64,000 bases of DNA from Massalongia carnosa (taxonomy: Eukaryota). The notes below the pieces were generated by a model that saw only the letters and a program-made list of their open reading frames with translations, did not search any database and had not been told where the DNA came from. Positions 1 to 11,194 of the stretch are shown here, in pieces (within the stretch, counting starts at the first letter, position 1; every line of letters begins with the position of its first letter). The stretch is taken from contig OZ287080.1 in NCBI GenBank assembly GCA_965645245.1, forward strand, positions 1,364,001 through 1,428,000, given 5' to 3'. Both the position numbers and the translations under genes were made by a program.

Positions 1-1014
1 AGTGTATTCTTTTAAGGCAGGCGAGGTTATTGGGGGTATCTATGCAGTATCCCTTGATGCTCATTATACTTCTCTATATGAGAAATATTGGATAAATGTC
101 AGTCATAAGAAGGAAAAAGGACAACAAGAAAGGATGGCGAAAAAGATGACGGCTTAGAGCCGTGACATGTTCTCATTCCTTTCTACCGAGGAGCATCGTC
201 AAAGAACACCATATTCACACTAGTTTAACGTCTCTCGCAATACACAATGTTCCGGAATACTGTTGGGGCCGGCTACACTCTAATCGTTCCATTACCAACT
301 TCGTGCACTTTCTTTCACACAATAGCGTACCTTGCCGTGTAGGCGATGATATCAACATTTCGCACACGTTGTTCAATTTAGTCTGGAGTCACAGATCAGT
401 GTTAATGGCAAAGAAAACGAAGCTGAGAATGGTAAGCTTCATACTGAGAAACTCAAGGCTTGCGCAAATATGACAAGAACTTACTTACGGAACTCTCTTG
501 TCATTATTAATACTTACTTCCCAAGGTCAAGACTGAATTTAAAAACACGACATACACATCTCTAAGGTTGAGTATTATCATAAGTTTGAAGGTCCATCGT
601 AGCTAAATTTCTGGTAGCGGGGAGTTCTTCCTCCATAAAGTTACAGCTTTTATCATGATAAACGCAGTCAAACTTCTCACCTGGATGCTTGTTGTATTCT
701 CTCGTTCTGTATACGAGACCGTGCCATCTCAGAACTGAGATTTTGGAACCGGTTTCAAGTTTTTACGATCGATACAATTCGTAAAAGGTTGTAAATTTAA
801 AACCACGTATGCAATACAAATTTATCTATTTAATTTCAGGATTGAAATCGAAAAATTGAAAACTTTTCTTAAATTTTCTAAAACTTACGACTTGCGAAAT
901 TAGCGGAGAATGTCACACTTGATGACCCGGACGATAAATTTTTGATAACACAATAAACTTGCTGTCTATTTTGCAATTGAATACATTTTCTAAGTGACAT
1001 GATACCCTATATCA

Positions 1015-3845
1015 TCATAAACTTACAGCAGGATTCGGAGGAACATGAGTTATCATGTCATGTTGCGATCGCAGAATTACTTCCGGATATACAATGTTAT
1101 CCGTTTTCCAGTCATTTCGTTCCGGAAACAACATACACAATCGAGACACATCCATAACTCGAGATAATGCCACATATAACTGACCATGAGTAAAAGGAGG
1201 AGCTCGCAAATCGACTCCTATCGTGTCCAATGATTAACCTTGCGACTTGTTGACAGTCATAGCAAAGCACAATCGTATCGGAAATTGTTTGCGACTTATG
1301 ATCCAGGGCAACTCGCCTTCCGTGGTATTAAGAAGAATCCGGGGAATTAATCGCGTTTCACCGTTGAATTCTTATCCCAAAATCTTTCCCTCTAGACAGG
1401 TCCACGAAATGTGAGTAAGACGTAATCGGGTGCCGTTACAGAGACCAAGTTTGGGATACAAATTCCGCAAAAAAATGATTCGGGCTCCAAGTTTCAGTTG
1501 CAATTGTGAAGTTTGTATAGACGATGTTTGCAAGGGTTGTAAAAACTCGGGAGGAAGAAAGTCTCCTCGTTCCTGCGCCGTATCGTTCTCTATTTGATCA
1601 ACGGAGTTCAAGGTGTGCGAACCGCCCTGCAATTTATTCAGTACTGCACCGTTTAACTCCGCGACGATATCGTTCCGCAAAGTCAAAATTGCTCGACTTG
1701 CGAAAGAATCCGCATCCAGATGAGCTTGCCGCATGCGATCGGAAGGAAAAACGGTGTCCACGAAACTGTCTAAGTTGTTCAGTTGATTGACTTGTTCCGG
1801 TAGCTGAACACGACCGGAAAAAGCAGGATCATAAGGCATTTTCCCGATCCTGTCCGCAAACGCCTCATTGGCGACTTCGTTACGAATTCGCATGTTTTGA
1901 CGCAAAAACAGGTTTTGAAATCGCGGCCACAGAAGGTGTTTTGAATGTTCGCCGCAACGATGGGTTCCCGATTTCCACGGGGAACAACGGGCAAGATTTG
2001 AGCGAAATCTCCGCCTAACACCATCGGAATAACTCCGAAAGGTCGTCATTACCTAAAAGGTCCGTAAAAGTGCGATGTACGGCCATGAAGCATTGTTTGT
2101 GTTGCATCGGCACCTCATCCCCAATGATTAAGGCTGTGCGTTGCAAAAGACAGTGTAAATGCGTGTTGCGGGTGATATTACACATGCTGTCCTCATTTAA
2201 AATCAAAGGAATTTTCAACCGGGAATGTGAAGTCTGTCCGCTAGGAAGAAGTAAAGCCGCAATGCCGGGAGACGCAACGCAAAGAATGATTTTTTTCTCC
2301 GCCCGAATATCATTGCAAAGAGTCTAATATAAGAAAGTCTTACCTGTTCCTGCAGGTCCGTGAACAAAAAAATGCGCCATTCTAGGATAATCTCTAACTC
2401 CCGCAACAATGGTATCAAAACAGTATTTCTGATCCGCATTCAATTGAGTATATCGTTCATTTCGTAACGTCGTTTCTTCGTTGAAATCGTAAGTCATTTC
2501 TGTAATGGTTCGACCATGCGTGGTGCGGACGGCAGGACCTACAGCGAACAAAGCAGGAGTCCCAGTTATAGTAGAATAGAGCTTGGTCTGCGGACTAAGT
2601 ATTGTGCCTTTTGGTCGGGAGGACAGGTGGCGCAATGGTAGAAATCTATTTACTTCTCGCTTCGTCACAATTTCATTTGCGATCAACGGATTTCCAGTAC
2701 TCCGACCCCAATCGTATGTAAACAGCGGCATATTCTAATCCTCTAATCGTTTTCCTAAATCCGAAAGACCTCCGTTTAACAAATAAAGGCCGTAATCTAA
2801 ATGCGGACTCATTAAATCGTCAGGAACATCAGTCATTGATCGTAATCGATGCGGTAAATCGTCATATATATCATTTGCGTATCGATTCCATAAGGCCGTA
2901 GGATCCGTAACACGACGATCATCGGTTGTGGCCGCATTCTCCCGCAAAGCCTCGCTGGCGGATTTGTAAAGCCTGATAAAGGGATTCATATTGTGCAACA
3001 TCTCTGTTAAACGTCGTACAATATCGGGATCCAATTCTGTATGTTGTCGAGTACGAATCGCGGTTGCTTCGTCGGGATCGTAAAAAACAGTTGAGCAAAG
3101 CGAGGAGAATCGTCAACGGGATCCAAAGGACCTTGCAGGTGATACAGTTCTCCGTGATTTTGAAAACATACCGGTCCACGACCGTTGCGAGGAAGTCGGC
3201 GATCGGGTTTGTAGTTTACGGAGGTGAACGTCAACGTGGAATTATATTTTCGGAGGTTTTTGCGAAATGTGCGGGTTCTAATATCGTCACCAATTAACAG
3301 TTGCCGTAAATAATCAGGAGGAGGCTGAAACGGTGGCAACACGACACCACCTCGCTTGCAACAGGATTTGTATACTCAATCTCGTCTTCTGTCACTCTGA
3401 ACAGCTTCCGTTCCCAATGCCACGCACCGCAGTTTCTGCAATGATATGTCATGTGTTGAATTCGTTGTATCGCGGATTCTAAAGTGTACTGACTTTTAAA
3501 TGCGGCAGGAAAGTTACGATTTGCAGCCGTATGGTCACGGGCTTCAACAGTACGGTCGCGACGACGTGTTCGACGATTTCCTCGTGACTCACGATGATTA
3601 ACAGGTGGAGAAACAGGTCTGGAACTCGCAATGGATGGAGAAATATGTCCGAAACTCGACCTTACGAAACCGCGAGCTCGGTTGTGATTGTACTGACCCG
3701 CTTCTGCTTCGTTGAGCAGCATTTCTTCCCAAATGTTCGGATTTTCCAACTGCAAATCATTTCGATTTGGCGGGCTTGGCGAGTGGAAAGCCGACGATAC
3801 GGGAGAAACGGAATTCGTTATTGAACTGTTAGGCGAACTCTGCAA
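1015..3845 (-). pseudogene. Helitron RepHel (PIF1-family helicase) pseudogene; frameshifted, Rep/HUH domain missing
   Basis: Ordered fragments in shifting frames: CxxC..HW zinc finger (HCRNCGAWHW), FRKNLRKYNSTLTFTS, Walker A GPAGTGKT, Walker B IIGDEVPM, GGDFAQILPVV, LRNLYPKLGLCNGTRL, FTHGQLYVALSRV. Confidence 0.9.
2501..2669. mobile_element. 169-bp solo LTR nested in the Helitron helicase
   Basis: TGTAA...TCACA termini flanked by a perfect 5-bp duplication ATTTC (2496-2500 and 2670-2674). Removing it restores NPLIANEMTYD. Confidence 0.8.
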
Positions 3846-4538
3846 AGATGGAAGAGTGACAGGAGATACAATCGAACTTCTTGGAGCAGGCGGACGCAGG
3901 AAAAGACTAACAGAACGTTTTCGGTGGTCGTAAGATTAGACGAACGCGTTTTGCGGGAGGATTTTCCGGAGAATTCACTTTATTATGCGGTCTACGGAGA
4001 GAATACCATTGTCGTAACGGAATGGGAAGTCGAGAAACGATTGCTCGAGGAGAAGAGCTAGGCTGCAAAGATATAGCGGTAGTCGTTGCTGTTGTTGCGA
4101 AGAGATCAGATAATTGTTAATGCTAAACCCAATTAAGACTACGTTAAACCGAATCGAGGGTTTTCGCAGGTTCATTGAACGGACGGATTTAGCGCAGTTT
4201 TCGGGAACATCAAAACATGAAAAACGCGAACAACGACCACCTCTCGCGGCCCACAACGAACGTAAAAGAACGTAGTTTTCGCGATACGGACTGATATCAA
4301 CAGGGTCAGTTGATCTCCGAAGTTTGACGAAGTGAAACGGTCCGGTACGGTCGAGGCAAGAGGGGAATTTTTGGTCCTGTCCGCAGGGAGGTCCTCCCCG
4401 CATTATTTGATAACTCAGTACTGTTCCGCAAGCCGCGTTCCCTTTTTCGGGTTCAATCTAACCGAATAAGGTAGTGTTGCCCAAAGTAGCAGGGTAACTC
4501 TTTCAGTACTATATAGATTGTTTTCTCTCCATTTAGTA

Positions 4539-4747
4539 CTGTCGCTTGCAAAAGGGTCTGCGCGGACCCTGAAATGGCCACGACACCTCAAAATTTAGCG
4601 AAAATAACGACCAACCAGCCAAACTTCCCTCACCGTCTATGTGATAACTATGCATTACTACCTGTTATAGTACTGAAATTCGTAGCTGAGAATATACTCA
4701 CTGCCATCCCCAGCTCCTCCGCCCTTGCCCGCTCTATTTTTCGTCAA
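4539..4747 (+). repeat. Left terminal inverted repeat (~209 bp)
   Basis: Reverse complement of 8053-8262. The outer 118 bp are identical and the inner part has about ten differences. Contains the internal palindrome AGGGTC-TGCGCG-GACCCT (4553-4570). Confidence 0.95.
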
Positions 4748-4748
4748 G

Positions 4749-5788
4749 ATGCCTCGCCCCCTCAGTCCCGCCATGAGGGAGACAATTACCCTCAGATTTG
4801 TAAGAAATGACGATAACAAAAGAATAGCAGCTGTCACCGGAGTCAGTCTTCGGCAGGTGCAATTGATGAGGTCCAATTGGACGAATTTTGGAGACGTCGT
4901 CGCTCCACAAATAACTCTTGGTCATCGACCTAGAAAGTTGAGTCAGTATCATGAATTGCAACTGTTGGAATTCCTGGAGCAACGCCCCCATGCCTACCTG
5001 GATGAAATGTGCTGGTTTGTCTGGGATGAATTTCAGATTTCCGTCGACGAATCCACTGTCAGTCGTGCCCTCAGACGACTTGGTTGGAATCGAAAGAAGG
5101 TGAGACGTCAGGCAGCTCAACGGAATCAAACTCTACGCGACGGTTGGATGCAACGACTAGGAGGTTGGACTGCCGAGCAATTGGTCTTCCTAGACGAAAG
5201 TGCCGCGTGTGAAAGAACCGGTATTTATCTTCCTATCTTCTTCTCATCTTTCTTCTCATCTCATATATAGGTGATCGTCGATACGGCTGGGCACCGGCCG
5301 GTGTTCCTGCGACCATGGTTCAGGATTTGAGAAGGTCAAAGAGATGGAGCATTCTTCCTGCATTTACGGTCGATGGATATATAGCTTGGGAGGTGCATCA
5401 GGGCTCCATAACTGCATTGATCTTTAATGATTTTGTTCTAAATCACGTCCTTCCTCATTGCACTGCCGACGGAGGCCCTAGATCTGTTTTAGTGTTAGAT
5501 AATGCTCGAATTCATTGGAATGACGATCTCATTCAGATGTGTGAGGCTGCCAACGTCACCTTGGCAAGACTACCTCCTTATTCTCCGGATTTCAATCCAA
5601 TTGAGACGTCGTTTGCATTGCTGAAAGCATGGATTCGTCGAAATGGAGAGATGAGTCTCTCATATACAGAGGTGTATGGAGGGTTCGGACAATTTCTTCG
5701 GGATGCAGTCAAAGAAAGAAGTCGAATGGGAGACCCGGGAAATTTATTTAGAATGGCCGGTATTCAGTATCCCACTATTCAGATCTAG
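4749..5788 (+). CDS. DD34E Tc1/IS630-family transposase, 329 aa, apparently intact (exons 4749-5220, 5271-5788)
   Basis: N-terminal HTH-like regions, then FLDES, a 50-bp GT-AG intron giving ERTG|DRRYGWAP, then LVLDNARIH and LPPYSPDFNPIE with 34 residues between D and E. Confidence 0.93.
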
Positions 5789-5839
5789 ATCTAGATTGCT
5801 GTCTGCAGACATCTTGTCTGTCTCATTTCGAAATCTAAT

Positions 5840-8031
5840 CTAATATTCTTCTTCGGCATAGTCGTATTCTAGATTATACGTATTTTCCAACTCATCCTCC
5901 TCAATGGCATCTTCCATTCTCGGATCAACCCTTTTTATCTCCCCTAGTGTCTCATCCACCTCTTCCTCATCCACCTCTTCCTCATCCACCTCTTCCTCAT
6001 CCACCTCTTCCTCATCCACCCCTTCCTCATCCACCTCTTCCTCATCCACCTCTTCCTCATCCACCTCTTCCTCATCCACCTCTTCCTCATCCACCTCTTT
6101 TATGACCTGAGTATTGGCCTGAGTGGTCATTTGCGAAGTTGGCAGGTAACGTGGACGTCGAGACATTTGCCGAGACGGGGGCGGAGGCATTCGCCGAGAG
6201 GAAGGCGGAGGCATTTGCATCTGCATCTGTCTTCCAAATTTGCTGACATCTCGTGCCAGCTGAATTCCGATACCGGGAGGAATACTCAGCTTCGACCAGA
6301 AGGACTGATGCTCAATACCCTTTCATGTCTGGATAGTCATTAAATCGTACCCACCTTCCATCAGTCGATCGTACGCATGCCTCAGTACGCCTTTCAGATG
6401 AGGTTTGGATTGGATATGCCAATTGACATAGTCTTCCATATCTTCCTCCACTGGACTGCTCGGAGCGGCGGGAGGGGCGACGACGGAGGGGGCATAACTT
6501 CCTTGACGATCTCTTCGATCCACAGGCGTTTCGTCTCGATGACGTCCGAAGTCGGAAGCTTGAGAAGGAGAATAAGAAGGAAACTGGGACGAATGAAGCT
6601 GGGGAAGTGGTGAAGAAGGAATAAATGCCGAGGGGTTGGCAAATGCTGAGGGGTTGACAAACGTCGAGGGGGGGGCAAATGCCCAGGGGGGGAAGGATTG
6701 ATACGCGGGATGCTGATAGATGGGATGCAAATGTCTGGTCGAATCTTCCTGACTTTCCTGTTTCGGAGTCGATGATGCAGTCTTCCTTTTACCTTTTTGC
6801 GAATACATACTTTCCCTGATAGTCGATGGAGGCATCTGAGAAGTGACTCCCGAAACGTCATCATCCAATGCCTTATTCCAAGCCACGAACTGATGACTGC
6901 TGATAATGTAATGTTGATCTCTTTCTTCATCGTTCCAACAGTATCGGCCGAAATTCTCACATGTCTTCTTCTTACAGCCATGCATAGATTGTAGAGCCGT
7001 CATTCTTTCAACTGTCTGACCATGAAGAATGGCCCTCTCCTCCAACTCCTTCTGCAATTTCAAGGTGGCCGTTCCCAACTTTTTGGAAACGGCAGCAGTC
7101 GGATCTTCTGGAATTTCACCGCTTTTGGTCCGAGCGAATTGATAGATTAGATCGACGGCCAAACTTTTTGCTCCATTCTCATATCGGAAAATCAAGACTT
7201 CTTCAATTGGAAGCCAAGACTCTTCCAACATCAGAGACATACGTTCTTGAGGTTTGATGCCATTCCATGCAACAGTGGCTTTGACATTGACTAGTCGACA
7301 AGCAAAAGTTTTGTCATCTGCATGACGTTGAGCCTTTAAACTCATCTCATTGAGATGAGGTCTGAAAAGAATCTCTTTTCGAATTCCGATTCCGAGTTAA
7401 CTTTTCGAGTACTGGACATCTGATGAACGACATCCTTTTCAAACATCACCGTCACATTCAGCAGGTAGGTGATGACAATGGGCGAGTCTGACGAGGGCGT
7501 CTTCTTGGTCTTGGTACGTGGATTTGACTTTGGCTTTCTAGTAGTGGCATTTTTGACAATCTTCTTTGCAGCAGAAACGAAAACATTCTCCTCAGCACTC
7601 TCGACTTCTTCCTCAACATTCCCCTCGGCAATCTCCTCGACATTCCCCTCGACACTTTCTACATCTACGTCATTCTCCGAGTCAATTGTATCATCTTCGT
7701 CATCCGGGACCATTAGGGATGCATAATAATTCGAGCCGGGAGGCGGCCTGGGCTTGATAATGGGAGGGGGCTTTGCTTTGGGAGGCTTTGCTTTGGGAGG
7801 CTTTGCTTTGGAAGACTTTGCTTGGGGGGGGGGCTTTGTCTTGGGAACGATCTTTTGCCTGCGAGATGCCTTCGGAGCTGAGGTTGGCGTCGATATGGGA
7901 TCATCGTCGTCGACCGCATCTTTGCCCTTCGGCCCCGCCAAGGTCAGTTTTATCTTTGCCTTTACAGGCTCTGTCGAGGCATTTGGAGGCCCGGTATTCG
8001 CTCGTTTTGAGCGAGGACCTCTTAGTTTCAT
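5840..8031 (-). pseudogene. Transposon cargo gene (~730 codons) with CCCH zinc-finger-like and SAM-like regions and an acidic tail; one frameshift and one in-frame TGA
   Basis: Three listed ORFs join into one: a frameshift near 7345, and TGA at 6323-6325 in frame with the 5840-6226 ORF (IQT*KGIEHQSFWSKLSIPPGIGIQLARDVSKF). Motif C-x4-C-x6-CW-x8-H is present. Confidence 0.7.
5951..6100. repeat. 15-bp tandem repeat x10 encoding (EEVDE)n
   Basis: Unit CTCATCCACCTCTTC, near-perfect. Confidence 0.95.
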
Positions 8032-8052
8032 GTCGAAGAATGGGGGGGAGAT

Positions 8053-8262
8053 TTGACGAAAAATAGAGCGGGCAAGGGCGAAGGAGCTGGGGATGGCAGT
8101 GACTATTTTCTACAGCTACGAATTTCAGTACTAGAGCAGGTGACAATGCATAGTTATCACATAGACGGTGAGGGAAGTTTGGCTGGTTGGTCGTTATTTT
8201 CGCTAAATTTTGAGGTGTCGTGGCCATTTCAGGGTCCGCGCAGACCCTTTTGCAAGCGACAG
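8053..8262 (-). repeat. Right terminal inverted repeat
   Basis: Reverse complement of 4539-4747. Confidence 0.95.
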
Positions 8263-10010
8263 TAATCCGTTTCGCTTTCACTCAATTTTTTACTTCATGA
8301 GATAACCACTTGTTTATCAAACATTAGGACAAGGGCTAGTCACATTAGGTAGCTTTAGTATCCAATCTTTCAAGGCTTCTAGAATATCAGCTATGCTTGC
8401 GTTGGCATTGGCGAGAACAAAAAATTTCTGGGGAAGCATTGAGTGGTGGAAGGAATGTTGAGGTTACATTGTTTATCATTGTTTTTATTTTATTTGATTC
8501 CATTCGTCCGTAACATCTCCGCACAAGAACGAGAATTGAAGACATCATGGTTCCCGCACTTGGCTGGATTGGAAGTGGGCGCAGAAAGAAAGTTCGATGT
8601 TATCGTATCTGCATATTTTCAACCAAACTCCTGGGTTATTGAAATACATAATTTAGGCCCAGATCATCTATGAATAGATTTGATTGGTTGATCGGAGGAC
8701 ATTCCGTATCCGTCCAGATTGCTGCAAGATCTGCTTTACACCACATATAAGGTTTTCGGGTGGAAGTCATATGAACCACTCTTTCAAGCACGTTACCCAG
8801 AGATGCTGGCAAAGAATATTCGCTTCAAATTCTGTCCCACACAGTGAACGCGGGGGCATGATGGTGATCTTCGTATCCGATTCGTGTGTTAACCACAAGA
8901 GATCTTAGAGCTAGATGGCAGAGGTATCGCGGCAAGCTGGCACGAGCTTTCTGAGCAATAGGCTAGAGAACATGATGGCGGTAAATAAGATAGCTGCCTT
9001 AAGGACATATCAGCAAGCGTTCATCCCTCGAAGAAGTTAGTGGAGCTCTTTGCTGACTGACCAAACCATTTGGGTTTCAATTGCATCAAAGCTAACAAAG
9101 CAAATTGCTCATATACGTCATACTTCACGAGGATAAGCAAGACGTCTAAGAAAGGAAAAACATGGACCCTTGTTCCTAGGGAAGTCTGTTACACATTAGT
9201 TCATCAAGTTTCCCCCCACACAAAGTCCTCGGAGAAGTAAAGTTCAATGGTATGTAATCGGTTTTGTTCCATCTCCACAACGTAGTTTGGGGGACTCAAA
9301 ACCCAATCACTGACCGAGTGCCTTCTTAAACAAGCCCTACTACTAGAATCCCCGCTTCTTCGCACATCTGAAGAATTCTGTAAAACATAACCCGGCTATC
9401 AGAGTAGGTCCGAGGATAGCCAAGATGTATTCTTTCCCCTCTTTCGCCAGCTTCGGTAACCAATGGTGTAGATCAACTTGCTCGGACATGTTCCTATTCG
9501 ACAAAAAACCATCGCATGCGACTCGAATATTGGCATCTAAGGCACAGGCGGAGAAAGTATATATCGTGCAAAGAAGCAGAGCTTGACTAATATCCAAGGA
9601 GTTGACCCTACATGTTCATGTATTTGGTCACAATGTAGCTTTGTGATGCAGCCAGCTCTCGACGTCGTCAAATGGCCCGGCCATATCTTATCGGCGAAGC
9701 TCGGCGACTATGGCAATTCGTTGAGAGCGGAAGGAAATTGGTAGCATAAAGTTGCTGCAATAAACTTTGCATATGCTCACCAAATCTCGTCTGCGCGTTT
9801 CTTTTTGTTGATATTTCTGCACTTCACTCCTTTTGCAATCAAGTGCCAACGTCATGGTCTCTCCATTTCCTTTCCATTTTCAAGGTAGAGCTGAGGACAT
9901 AAAACGAGGCCTTAACCCTCTCTATTTCTCTTCAGAGTAACTTTCTTGTCATCACTCTTAACTCACACCTATAACAAGACCATAACTATACCAGATTACC
10001 TACCGTAGTC

Positions 10011-10422
10011 ATGAAGTTTTCCTGGGGCACCATTGTCATCCTAGCCACAAGCGTCGCGGTCCATGCTCGGCGTTTACCTACGGTCGACGAGTCCAAAGCC
10101 CGCGCATGTGAGCAGGGCTACAAATACTCCGGAGCAAACTTGATCAAGGCTGGTAACGTAGACCCCAAAGTACCCTCATGTATCTGAAGAAAACAAAAAC
10201 ATCTAACGTTGGGGAACTGTCTCCCTCTTTCTACCTATAGGCTGGGACCCTGTTGATCTTCAACACTGGGCGCAAACGTTTGGCGTTGGTGGAGGCGATA
10301 TCAAGAAGTATCTCTTCTTTTGCATGGGCGCTCGGGTTCCCGAGTTTCTTCACTACTGCAAGTATGGCGCTGGGGATGGTGGAGAGGAATACGATGATTT
10401 CTGCTTTCTCGAACGTAAGTAA
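10011..10422 (+). CDS. Small secreted cysteine-containing protein (~107 aa, effector-like); exons 10011-10152 and 10241-10422
   Basis: Signal peptide MKFSWGTIVILATSVAVHA, then ACEQGYKYSGANL, a GT-AG intron, and LFFCM...HYCKYGAGDGGEEYDDFC. Not in the ORF track because of the intron. The last few codons could instead be spliced (GTAAGT at 10415). Confidence 0.75.
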
Positions 10423-11194
10423 TACTCCTAAGCTACCACTTATTCAAGGGTAATTCCAACCCCATTCCTTCTGACTCGTATTTCTACACTATTAGCGTTT
10501 TATGAGCTATAAAATACTTATTGACTTTGCCCTTGGTGTAGCTGAGGATAAACCCTCCGAGTCCTCCACGGAGAAATCCATCCGCATTCAGCTTTAAGAA
10601 GCTCTCGCTCTGATCATGTTCTCTTTCCGGCTTGTTTTCTGTCTCTATTTAACTTACTGGGCTCCCGTTGTTCATTGAGTCATCAACAAAACCGAATGTA
10701 AAGGAGAAAAGGCAAAGCTTGAGATAGGGGGTTCAAGGAAATCGGACTGGTTTCACAGAACTGGTTATCTCTCAGATACATCGTTGGTACTTAGTCTGAC
10801 AAAATCATGACTCTGACATCCTTCAGAATGAAAAGAGCTTATCCGCTTGTTGCTATGCTCTTCTGCTGTTAAGAACAGGAGATCTATCACGTGATATAAC
10901 GCTGGTATGATCTCAGTCTACCTAAGCTAGCCGAGCCAATGAACGTCAATTTATCACAACTCATCCACCGTAGCATATGTAGAAGAGCTACCTTTGATCT
11001 ACGGGCATCCTCATAATCATCAGTCTCTCATCCGGATATGCTCCATACTTTTCCTAACACGCTTTCAACCACGGTTCCGTTCCGCCTGTATTGGTCAAAT
11101 TCCATCATTGCATAAACATTTTCATAATTTGTCTCATGCTTTCGCTGGATAAGCTTATCTCCGATTTTCACATTTAGAGTCATGGCCAATAATT

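Larger units (their letters stand above)
220..4517 (-). mobile_element. Degenerate Helitron (rolling-circle transposon)
   Basis: Minus strand begins A|TCTATATAGTAC at 4517, a typical Helitron 5' TC end after a host A. A candidate 3' CTAG|T lies at 223-220, but no convincing subterminal hairpin is present, so the 3' end is uncertain. Contains RepHel fragments. Confidence 0.7.
4539..8262 (+). mobile_element. Two-gene Tc1/IS630-type (DD34E) DNA transposon, 3724 bp, long TIRs, TA target duplication
   Basis: TA at 4537-4538 and 8263-8264; TIRs of ~210 bp; transposase on + and a second gene on -. Confidence 0.95.

Noticed and set aside
4574..4810. ORFs MATTPQNLAKITT (also within 7901-8281)
   Set aside because: These are mirror translations of the TIRs, not genes.
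5840..8031. Fanzor/TnpB as the identity of the transposon cargo gene
   Set aside because: No RuvC D-E-D motifs or CxxC..CxxC finger, and no spare non-coding space for a guide RNA.
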